Of a stretch of DNA of 64,000 nt, positions 49,020 through 60,043 are shown piece by piece. The position numbers and the translations under genes are program-made. Below the pieces are notes generated by a model. That model saw only the letters and a program-made list of their open reading frames with translations, made no database searches and had not been told where the DNA came from. Numbering within the stretch: position 1 is the stretch's first letter; each line of letters opens with the position of its first letter. The DNA is from Azolla caroliniana (lineage: Eukaryota; Plantae; Polypodiophyta), in contig JBHGNT010000007.1 in assembly GCA_043228905.1 (NCBI GenBank), positions 9,734,001-9,798,000 of the forward strand. Reading direction: 5' to 3'.

Positions 49020-49909
49020 AATGATGTCCCGAAGATTCGCACGTGCGTGTGCTATTCGAGAGACCATCGGAGTCTTGGACTGGGGAGGATGTTTGCAGAA
49101 TTATCAAAGAGATGACGATCAATGTAAGATTAGATGAAATTGGTTTACTTGAGAAGAAGAACGATTGTACACTTGAGAAGTAGAAAATATGAAGAAGATA
49201 AAGACAAATATAATTATATTGATGATAATGGTGTTGTTGATATCACATATTAAGCCCCCCTTACACAAACCCAACTTGAAGCTTTTATAGGTCTTCCCAT
49301 GCTTGTGACATGCACAAAACCATGGTCTAAAACCATGGTTTTGTGCACACGGTTTTGCTTATGTCATGCACAAACCATGGGTTTAGAACCATGGTTTTGT
49401 GCACATGGTTTTCTATGGTTGTTTCGTCTATAATTCGTATATGAAAAGGAAATACATAAAATCTACACTATATGATAGTTGTCCTAGTGGTAAGGCAAAT
49501 ATCTTGTATCTTAGAGGTGCAAGGTTCAAACCTTGCTTGCACTCCTCTGTATGAACTCAAGTGCCACTAGGCCTTAGGCTTATTTGCTAAGTGTATGTGC
49601 ACTGTTGCACATCCTTGGTTTATTCATCTCACTCGGTTTCACACCGTAGCTAAAAATCGTCATGACAACGTCGACCTCAGTTGGCCAGCGATACCACTTC
49701 AAATTTCTTGGAGAGCTCTTCGATTATAGAGTCCTCCATCACTTTCTTGTTGATATTGTTGATCGGCTTGTTAGGCTCGACCGTCACAAGTCCCTTGGAA
49801 TTTGAAACTGATACCGGTTCCGAGAGCACACCTACCGAAGCTGATCGAGCTCTTAAAGGAGAAGGTGAATATGGGAATTTTGGAACCATCGAATGCTCCC
49901 TATTCTAAT

Positions 49910-52015
49910 AGGTCGTTCACGATGCCGAAAAAGAATGGATCATTGTGATTCTTCCAAGATCTCTAACCCGTCAACAAGGTGACGATCGGAAATGTCGGAA
50001 TCAGTTCAAGCATGGATGAATTTGCCGAAGCCTTCGTGGGAAGATCGATCTGTTCCATTGGTGATCTCTACTCGGGCTATGACCAGTATTAGTTGGCTAT
50101 CGATAGTAGAGACATAACGACAATGTGGATGCTGATCGGGCTGGGGCGGATGTGTACCTTACCTCAAGGTGCAACGAATTCGGTGGCTCATATGGTGAAT
50201 GCCATGAACAAGGTCTTGAAGGATTGCATCCCAGGCATCACGATGCCATTCTTGGATGACATTCCGATAAAAGGATGTTCGGATGAGGAGAAGAATGAAT
50301 CGAAAGATAAGGATGGATGCAGAAAGTTCATCGTGGATCATATGGAAGATTGCGAGAAGGTGCTCCAAAGGCTTGAAGATGCGAATTTGACATTTTTGGG
50401 AGAAAAATCCGCATTCGGGAAATCGGAGATCTTGGTGGTAGGCCACTTGTGTGGAGCATATGGTCGGAAGCCTTCGCCATCCAAGGTGAATGCGATCCAG
50501 GACATGAAAGAAGAATGTGTAAGCCAAATGGAGGTTCAAAGGTTCCTTGGAGCATGCGCGTTTTATCATATTTGGATTCCACACTATGCCCACATTGCTG
50601 AGCCATTATACAGTCTACTAAAGAAGAAGCAGTGGTTCGAATGGACGAGCGAGCATACTGTCTCCATCCAAAGGCTAAAGAAATTATTGATGGAGGCACC
50701 TACATTATAGAAGGCGAACTATTCAGAAGGGAAGCCCATTTTCGTGACCGTGGATACTAGTCCAACCGGAATCGGATGGGTTATCAACCAAGAAGACGAA
50801 GATTGCAACCGATATGCAATTCGGTTTGGCACAGAAGTGTTAAGTGATAGGCAAAGAAGGTATGCCCAAGTGAAGAGGGAGCTATGGGGAATCGTTTCGG
50901 CGATCAAGTCTGATAGTGACTACCGTATTGGAGCAGAAGTCATAATTGAGGCAGATTGCCTACCAATTTTAGGTATGATATCTGGTTGTAATACACCAGA
51001 TAGTGTCATGTTGCGTTGGATTGCATATATCAAATTATTGAACCCGGAGATTCGTCATGTAGCTGGGAGTCGTAATGTCATTGCAGAATTGCTATCACGA
51101 GCGAGATACGACAGAGAGGAAGATCGACATTCTGATGAAGAGGATGTTGGCTTGGATTTCTTTACAAGTTCCTACATTTGGGTGTTGGCTACTTTCATAG
51201 AAGAGGACTACGAAGGTGAATTCGTGGAGATCGGAAAATACTTGAGTTCTCTCCAAAAAGATGAATCATGGTCAATGGAAGACTTCCACTGAATTCAGAA
51301 GGCATACAAGTATTTCCTTAAGGATGGAGATCTTTGGAGGCATGCAAAAAAAGAAGAATGGGACTCCGATGAGAGTTGTCTGCAAGCTAGAGGACCGACA
51401 AAAACTAATGTCTGAATTTCATGATAGTGTTTTTGCAGGCCACCGAGGAATATGGGCCACGTTCACGAAGCTTAAGGATGTAGCAGCTTATGTGGAAGCA
51501 TGTAAGGAATGTCAGATGTTTTCGAATATTCGCCATCGAGATGAACTTCATCCGACTTACCCGTTGACTATGCATTACAAGCGGATGGTGGACATCGTAA
51601 TGATGCCAATGGGGCGATGGCAGATGAAGTATCTTGTGCTCGCGAGAGAGGATCTTACCAATGAAGTTAAAGGGCCAACATTGAGAACTAAAGAGACATC
51701 ATCAGTATGTAGATTCCTTCTTGAAGATGGATGCGTCGGCAAGATAGTGGCTGATAGACGCGAGCTAGACACCAATGAAGCAAGAGAATTCTTCTCTAGG
51801 ATGGGAATCAAATTATCTCTTACCACGGCGTATAATCCGGAAGCAAATGGGAAAGTGGAATGTGGCCATGGACCGATTATGAAGGCTCTAGTGAAAGCTT
51901 GCCATGGGATAATAGGAGAATGGCCGCGACTATTACCATTTGCACTATGCGTTGATAAGACTACTCACAACACGGTGACGGGATACATGGCCGTAGAGCT
52001 CATATTCGGACAGTT
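49910..52015 (+). pseudogene. Ty3/gypsy pol remnant (RT, RNase H, integrase), heavily decayed, no LTRs
   Basis: ORFs 50093-50710 (LPQGATNSVA, PFLDDIP), 50744-51292 (VDTSPTGIG) and 51261-52028 (GHRG..CKEC, TAYNPEANGKVE). Confidence 0.85.
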
Positions 52016-52980
52016 ATTTCATGGTTAATTGAGAAATCTTAGATTTCCGTAATTTATGGTTAATTGAGATTTTATTTTATTTTAGAGAAATATGCCTCAA
52101 CTTTATCAACTTTATACTCAATTGTAGTCTAGTTGGTTAGGATACTCGGCTTTCACCCGAGCAACCCGAGTTCAAGTCTCGACCATGGAAACATCAGGTC
52201 TAGTTCATATTGCGTACATTTTATACGAAAAAAGTCACTTAATTAACAAATACAAGACATATAACCTTGTGGTGACATAATCTACATGTAGTGGGTTACA
52301 ATGGTTGCCTCCAATTCGAAGTTTCCATGTGTATCGAATTCGAAAGGATAGTACGTGTTGAAAAACCTAAAGCGTCGCATGTGACTTGCACATTCAAAAT
52401 TAAGTTTTACAATAAATATCTAATTAAATTTTGGCGGTTAGAATTATTCACTCTATTCTTAATCATTGAGAAATCTAGCATTTCTGCAATTTATTGAGAT
52501 TTTATTTTATTCTAGAGAAACATCCATCAACTTTATTAAATTCATAATCCATTGTAGTCTAGTTGGTTAGGATAATCGGCTTTCACCCGAGCGACCTAGG
52601 TTCAAGTACCAGCAATGAAAACATCAAGTCTAGTTACGGTTGCATCTTGTAAAAAAAAGGTCTGATAATTAACAAATACAAGACAAAACACCTGGTGGTC
52701 ACATAATCTACATGTAGTGGGTTACAATGGTTTCCACATATTCAAAATATCCATCCGTATCGAATTTGAAAGGATAATACGTGTTGGAAAACCTAAAGCG
52801 TCTCATATGACTTGCGCATTCAAAATTAAGTCTTATAATAAATATCTAATTAAATCTTGCCTGTTAGAATTATTCAATCTATTCCTAATCTTTGAGGAAT
52901 CTTGCGTTTCTGCAATTTATGGTTAATCGAGATTTTATTTTATTTTAGAGAAAGATTCTTCAACTCTATCAACTCCGTAC

Positions 52981-53053
52981 TCCATTGTAGTCTACTTGGT
53001 TACGATACTCGGCTTTCACCCGAGCGACCCGGGTTCAAGTCCCGGCAATGGAG
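52981..53053 (+). tRNA. tRNA-Glu(TTC)
   Basis: Acceptor, anticodon and T stems perfect; two D-arm changes. Confidence 0.6.
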
Positions 53054-53838
53054 ACAGCTAGTCTAGTTCAGGTTCCATCTTGTAAAAAGAGGTCTCATAA
53101 TTAACAAATACAAGACATAAAACCTTGTGGTGACATAATCTACATGTACTGGGTTACAATGGTTGCCTACAACTGAAAATATCCATACGTATCGAATTTG
53201 ATAGGATAATACGTATTATAAAACCTAAACCGTCTCATATGATTCAGGAATCTTGCGTTTCTGCAATTTCTAGTGTAGTCTAGAGAAAGATCCTTCAACT
53301 CTATCACCTCCGTACTCTATTGTAGTCTAGTTGGTTAGGATAGTCGGCATTCACTCAAGCAAACCGGGTTCAAATCCCGGTAATGGAAACAACAAGTCTA
53401 GTCCGGGTTGTGTCTTGTAATAATAAAGTCTCATAATTAACAAATACGAGACATAAAACCTTGTGGTGACATAATCTACATGTAGTGGGTTACAATAGTT
53501 CTATCTTGGACGAAAAAGTCTCATAATTAACAAATACAAGACATAAGACCTTGTGGTGACATAATCTACAAGTAGTGGGTTACAATGGTTGCCTCCAATT
53601 CGAAATATCCATACGTATCGAATTTGAAAGGATAATACGTGTTGAAAAACCTAATGCGTCTCATGTGACTTGCGCATTAAAAATTAACTTTTAGCATAAA
53701 TATCTAATTAAATGTTGCCTGTTAGAATTATTCACTCTATTCTTAATCATTGAGGAATCTTGCGTTTCTGCAATTTATGGTTAATTCAGATTTTATTTTA
53801 TTTTAGAGAATGATCCTTCAACTCTGTCAACTCCGTAC

Positions 53839-53911
53839 TCCATTGTAGTCTAGTTGGTTAGGATACTCGGCTTTCACCCGAGTGACCCGGGTTCAAATAC
53901 CGGCAATGGAA
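53839..53911 (+). tRNA. tRNA-Glu(TTC), degenerate
   Basis: C61>A in the B box; otherwise intact. Confidence 0.45.
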
Positions 53912-55003
53912 ACAACAAGTCTAGTTCAGGTTGCGTCTTGAAATAAAAAAGTCTCATAATTAACAAATACAAAACATAAAACCTGGTGGTGACATAATCT
54001 ACATGTAGTGGGTTACAACGGTTGCCTCCAAATCAAAATATCCATACGTATCGAAATTGAAAGGATAATATGTTTTGAAAAACCTAAAGCGTGTCATGTG
54101 ACTTGCGCATTCAAAATTAAGTCTTAGAATAAATATCTAATTAAATCTTGGTTTTTAGAATTATTCAATATATTCCTAATCATTGAGGAATCTTGCGTTT
54201 CTACAATTGATGCTTAATTGAGATTTTATTTTATTTTAGAGAAACATCCTTTAACTCTATCAACTCCATACTCCATTCTAGTCTAGTTGCATCTTGTAAA
54301 AAATAAGTCTCATAATTATCAAATACAAGACATAAAACCTTGTGGTGACATAATCTACATGTAGTGGGTTACAATGGTTGCCACCAATTCAAAATATCCT
54401 TACGTATGGAATTTGAAAGGATAATACGTGTTGAATAACCTCAAGCATGTCATGTGAGTTGCACATTGAAAATTAAGTCTTAGCATAAATATCTAATTAA
54501 ATCTTGCCTGTTAGAATTATTCAGTCTATTCCGAATCATTGAGAATCTTGTGTTTCTGCAATTTATGGTTAATTGAGATTTTATTTTATTTTAGAGAAAG
54601 ATCCTAGAACTCTATCAACTCCGTACTCCATTGTAGTCTAGTTGGTTAGGATACTCGGCTTTCACCCGAGCGACCTAGGTTCAAGTCCCGATAATGAAAA
54701 CATCAAGTTTAGTTCAGGTTGTATCTTCTACAAAAAAAGTCTCATAATTAACAAATACAAGACATCAAGTCTAGTTCGAAATATCCATACGTATCGAATT
54801 TGAAAGGATAATACATGTTGAGAAACCTAAAGCATCTCATGTGATATGCACATTCAAAATTAAGGTTTACAATAAATATTGGCGGTTAGAATTATTCACT
54901 CTGTTCCTAATCATTGAGGAATCTTAGATTTCCGCAATTTATAGTTTATTGAGATTTTATTTTATTTTAGAGAAACATACTTCAACTTTATCAAACTTCA
55001 TAC

Positions 55004-55076
55004 TCCATTGTAGTCTAGTTGGTTACGATACTCGGCTTTCACCCGAGCGTCCCGGGTTCAAGTCCCGGCCATGGAA
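55004..55076 (+). tRNA. tRNA-Glu(TTC), degenerate
   Basis: One acceptor mismatch. Confidence 0.5.
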
Positions 55077-56573
55077 ACATCAAGTCTAGTTGAAGTCGCA
55101 TACAATTTATACGAAAAAAGTATCATAATTGACAAATACAAGGCAAAAAACCTTGTGGTGACATAATCTACATGTAGTGGGTTACAATGGTTGCCTCCAA
55201 TTCTAAATATCCATACATATCGAATTTGAAGGATAATACGTGTTGAAAATACCAAAGCATCTCTAGTGACTTGCGCATTCAAAATTAAGTCTTACAAACA
55301 TATCTAATTAAATCTTGGCGGTTAGAATTATTCACTCTATTCCTAATCATTCAGGAATCTTTTAATTTGACAAAGAAAATAGTCTTCTATAACATAAAGC
55401 TTAACATATTAGGCAATTGAACTCAATTTCACATGTATCGAAACTTCGAGGTATACTGTTGAATTAAAGTCAAGACATTTCTTGAGAATGCATTTGAGGG
55501 GAGAAAATCACATTTCACTTAAAAGGAAACATACTTGATGCTCTCCTTTAGTAAACGAAGAACCACGAAGGCATTACTAGGATATCATGTGTCATCTTGC
55601 GTTTCCGCAATTTATGGTTAATTGAGATTTTATTTTATTTTAGAGAAACATCCTTCCACTTTATCAATTCCATACTCCATTGTAGTTTAGTTGGTTAGGA
55701 TACTCAGGGTTCACCCGAACGACCCGAGTTCATGTCCCGGCAATGGAAATATCAAGTGTAGTTCAGGTTGCTATTTCTACGAAAAAAGTCTCATAATTCA
55801 CAAATACAAGACATCAAACCTTGTGGTGACATAATATAGATGTAGTTGGTTCCAATGGTTGTGAGCAATTCGCAATATCCATTCGTATCAAATTTAAATT
55901 ATAATAGTTGGTTCCAATGGTTGCCCGAGCGACCCGAGTTCATGTCCCGGCAATGGAAATATCTAGTATAGTTCAAGTTGCAATTTCTACGAAAAAAGTC
56001 TCATAATTCACAAATACAAGACATCAAACCTTGTGCTGACATAATATACATGTAGTTGGTTCCAATGGTTGCCAACAATTCCCAATAGTTTTATCTTGGA
56101 CGAAAAAGTCTCATAATTAACAAATACAAGACATAAGACCTTGTGGTGACATAATCTACATGTAGTGGATACAATGGTTGGCACCAATTCAAAAAATCCA
56201 TACGTATCGAATTAAGTCTTGTGACTTGAGCATTCAAAATTAAGTCTTAGCATAAATATCTAATTAAATCTTGCTTGTTAGAATTATTCACTCTATTCCT
56301 AATCATTGAGGAATCTTGTGTTTCTGCAATTTATGGTTAATTAAGATTTTATTTTATTTTAGAGAAAGTCCTTCAACTCTATCAACTTTGTAATCCATTG
56401 TACTCTAGTTGGTTAGGATACTCGGCTTTCACCCGAACGACCCGGGTTCAAGTCTCGGCAATGGAAACAACAAGTCTAGTTGAGGTTCCATCTTGTAAAA
56501 AAAGGGTTTCATAATTAAGAAATACAAGACATAAAATCTTGTGGTGACATAGCCTACTTGTAGTGGGTTACAA

Positions 56574-56993
56574 TGTTATTCGCTTAGCCGGACAAGGCCT
56601 AACACAAGGTGTCACGGAGACACTTCACCAAAGGGTGATTACGGCATAGGATTAAGATTCAACGATTACACCAACTTACGTAGGTTACACAATTAGAATG
56701 CTTTGGTTAATTGCACGCGTAAGATCTAACAGTAATTACAGAACGGAAATCAAGACAGAAGTATAAACATCATAAGCTCTATTAATTATCTGCTGTGATT
56801 ACAATGGGGTCCGGGCCTTTAAATAGGTTCCCGGCCCGTAGTACAAAACGGTGCCTCTCGCACCTATTCGGGATCCGTCCGGATCTGGAACGGCATACCG
56901 TTTCCAGTCTGTCTGTCCACACTATGCTCATTTACAACTATATTTAATTAATTCCTTCACTCCGTATTTTGGACTCCTTGCCGGCCGGTAACA
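56574..56993 (-). repeat. 3' LTR
   Basis: TG...CA termini; diverged homolog of 33016-33450. Confidence 0.85.
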
Positions 56994-57045
56994 CATGGCA
57001 CGCCCGTGGGATAGTACCTTGTACGTCGAATCCTTCTCGGCCCCT

Positions 57046-59649
57046 TCATTGTTCACCCAAATTGTCCAAAATACTTTGTTCAAGAATTTCCACTTGTTCC
57101 TCCGGTTGTGGTTGTTGCGGCTGTGCTTGCTGCTGTTGTTGCGGTTGGGACTGCGGCTGTTCCGGCTGCTCTATAGGCGGCTGCTCCGTTTGTTTCTCTG
57201 ACTCCGGCTGTTCCGTTTGACTGCTTCCGGTCCGGTCTCCTTCCAGTAACGGTTCCTCATCACTGAGGTTGACCGTAACCGGTTCTCGTTCTTTCTCTCC
57301 CCGGATCCGGGACCTCTCGTAGCTTTCAAACTGGATCTGCGCCTCCAGCCTGTCGTCGTCCAGCTGAGCTACAAGTTGCCGGACTTGCCCTAGTTGGTCG
57401 TCTGCCAAGGCTTGAAAGTCTTCGGCAAGCTCATCCCTTATGCCGGTGAAGTCTTCGGAAGTCAGCATATAGCAATCATCTCCCTCCTTCCGCCGGTTCT
57501 CTACGTCGGCCCGGAGCAGTTGGAGTTCCGCCGCGTTCGTGGCCCACTGGGTCCACCATTTGACGGAGCCGTTGTCAATCAAGCTCTTGGTCTGGTTCAA
57601 CCAGGCCCGCATGATATCCTGGATGCGACTTGCTCCCATTTGCGCTCTACTTTCCACCACTTGTCACTCCTCCTTCAACTGCTTGATGAGATTCGCCGTA
57701 TCCTCCGCCTGCTCTCTGTAGCGCGTCAGCTGCCCTTGATATGTCGTTTGCAGCCTCTGCAGTACCTCCGCCGCTCTTTCTTTTTCCGCCTGCTGTTGCC
57801 TGAGGAGCTCTGTCCGAACCTTCTCCGCCTCTTCCAACCGTCTTCTGGTTTCCGCTTGTTCCTTGGCGAATGCGGTTGCGGTCCGATCCATTGCTTGCCG
57901 GAGCTCATCCGTCCGTTCCTTGTGCTCCGTTTGCAACCGTTTATACTCCCGGTGCAAGTGCTCAAATTCCTCCGTTTTTTGTTTGAGCTTGCCGTTGATC
58001 TGGCGCTGGTTCCGGTCCTCCCGATCCTTTACCTGCCGGAGTTCCTCTTTCAGGCGCTCTACTTCTGTTTCGGCGTTCCTCCGGAGCCTGTCCTTCTCTT
58101 GCAGCATTTTCTCCTTCTCCTCCTTGAGCCGGTCGTACGCTTGGTGGCCTTTCCGTAAGCTCTCCTCCGCCCGGCGTAGATTCTCAGCAGTCTTTTTGAG
58201 TTCTGCCTCCGCTGCCGTCTTCAATTCTCTTTCGCGGCTCCTCAGCGCTTCTTGGGCAGCTAGCTCATCCTTTAAATCCGCAAGCTCTTGGGCTTGTGCC
58301 GCATTTCTCTCCGGAACGGTTTCCGTTGCCGGGGTCTGATTGCTATGTACAGGTTGATCTGACGCCTTATTCTGTACATTGCCCGGAGTCGCCGGTGCTT
58401 GGACTTGTGTTGTCAAAGCGAATTGAGCCATTTCCCTGGTGACCCTGTCCAAGTCTTGTTCAAGGCTCCGGATTCTGGACCGGGCCGTCTCTAGATCTAC
58501 GGTTGTGACGAGCAACCGTTCGTTGTGCGCTCTCTCCTCCGCCTCTATGTACTCGACCGCTCCGGCGATCTGCTCACCTACCCACCGTAGCCACATGCTA
58601 CTGGTGCCTTGCTGCTGTACTGGTCCTACTCCTTGGCTACCGTGTGTGCTGGCTGGGCTCGCCGGCTGTTGAGTTCCGGTTCTCGCCGTCTCCGGAGCCG
58701 TTGGAATGACCTCTGGTATCGAAGTCGACAAGGCCGGTTCTACCCGCACCGGTTCCGGTTCCTCCCTTGTGTTTTGCTCAGGTTGAGTTCGGGGCGTTTC
58801 TTTCTTTTGCGGGTCCGAACGCTCCCCCGCTGCCCCGGCGGTCCCACTTCTTGACCGTCGTTGGAGGTGCTCTTCTGGCTCCTCCGTTTCCTCTTCCTGG
58901 GTAACGGCATGTTTCTGTGCCGTCAAGGGTTCTGGTTCCTTCTGACCCGGTCGTCGTATGGTTATCTTAACGGGTCCCACCGGTGACACCTCCTCCGGTT
59001 CTTGGAGCCGTTTCTTCCCTTTCGTCGCCTTCGACGCCAGTAGCTGTTGTCGTTTGGACGCCGGCTTCGAGGTGCTTCCTTCCGATACTCTTGGCCGCTT
59101 CTTTGGCTGAACGGTCTCGACCGGCGGCACGAGCAATGTTATCCACTGAGCTACGGCGTGCCACAGCTTCCGGCCCTCCTTGCCGTCCTTTCCTCGTACC
59201 ATGTCGATTGCCACACACAACCCGTCTGCAATCAACACCGGCCAATCCACCTTGGTCCCTTCATAGGTGGCTATGATCATCCCTGCCCGATTTTTTGGCA
59301 TGACAGGGGGTCGGGGGTACACGTGGCCGTACTCGTGGAGCACTCGAGCTATCTCCCTGAATAGCGGATCTTCGCCGCCCTGCGTTCGATAGCCTTTGCC
59401 GGCAACAGAGTACTCACCGAAATATCGGATGAGTTGCTCCGAGGTTGGGTTATCGATCTGAAAGATACCTCCCTCCGGAAGGCCTGTTAGCGCACGGATC
59501 GCTTCCTCGGTGATAACTTCTGTGTCGAGCTCCTTGATGACCCGGTCGGCTTCTCTGTGCGGTGGTGCCTCCATGATGGCCAAGAACCCCTCCAGTCCGT
59601 GTTGCCTGAACCATTTCCTGGCCGCTTCCGACAGCGTTTGTGGTTCCAT
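57046..59649 (-). pseudogene. extra 3' ORF (~867 aa if the single TGA at 57664-57666 is read through), coiled-coil protein
   Basis: ORFs 59949/59649-57664 and 57660-57046 are in one frame. Start MEPQTLSEAA matches MDPQTLSEAA at 26558. Confidence 0.85.
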
Positions 59650-59996
59650 GTCTGCTTCGAGGTCGAGGAAAGATGGCGAGGTAGAGTGGTGATGAGAGTG
59701 AGAGCGAGAGAGAGAGCGTTCTGAACGCGGGGGTTCTCTGAGTGCAGGTTCGCGTCTGCTAAGCTTCCACTGCCTTGGTGCTTCTGTGCTTCTTGGCTCG
59801 CGAAAAAAGAAGGTCTCCATGCGCTCTTCTTTTTCTCTGTGCGTCTTGGCGCCTTTTTCGAGCATGCGCACGTCGTGTACCGATTTAGTATTAAGTAACG
59901 TGGCGGCTCTTAAATGCCCACTACGTACCTTTTCGCTCCTTGCTTTCACACCCGTTCATACCTCGATTTTTAATGATTTTTATTTTTTATTTATTT

Positions 59997-60028
<32 letters not shown>

Positions 60029-60043
60029 TGACGGTATGTGATC

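Larger units (their letters stand above)
46319..49667 (-). mobile_element. second gag-only, tRNA-Trp primed LTR element (older, decayed)
   Basis: LTRs at ~46319-46947 (outer end clipped) and 49025-49667 (TG...CA). PBS TTCACGTCGGGTTCACCA at 49002-49019. PPT GGTGGGGGTGGA(-) at 46948-46959. gag is homologous to element 1. Confidence 0.88.
52016..56573 (+). repeat. tRNA-Glu tandem array, block D (~9 copies plus 2 fragments)
   Basis: Copies at 52118, 52548, 52981, 53316, 53839, 54627, 55004, 55676 and 56394. Fragments at ~54272 and ~55925. Confidence 0.93.

Noticed and set aside
9111-56573. CRISPR-like repeat/spacer array
   Set aside because: The spacers are homologous to each other, the repeat is a tRNA, and the context is eukaryotic with no cas genes.
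9100-56580. Ty3-style targeting of insertions just upstream of tRNA genes
   Set aside because: The clean insertion sites lie in a half-tRNA junction, mid-spacer or inside other elements, with no fixed distance to tRNA starts.
57024-57045. tmRNA-like 5' end GGGGCCGAGAAGGATTCGACG on the minus strand
   Set aside because: No matching 3' acceptor or T arm was found, and the sister element keeps only GGATTCGACG. Treated as coincidence.
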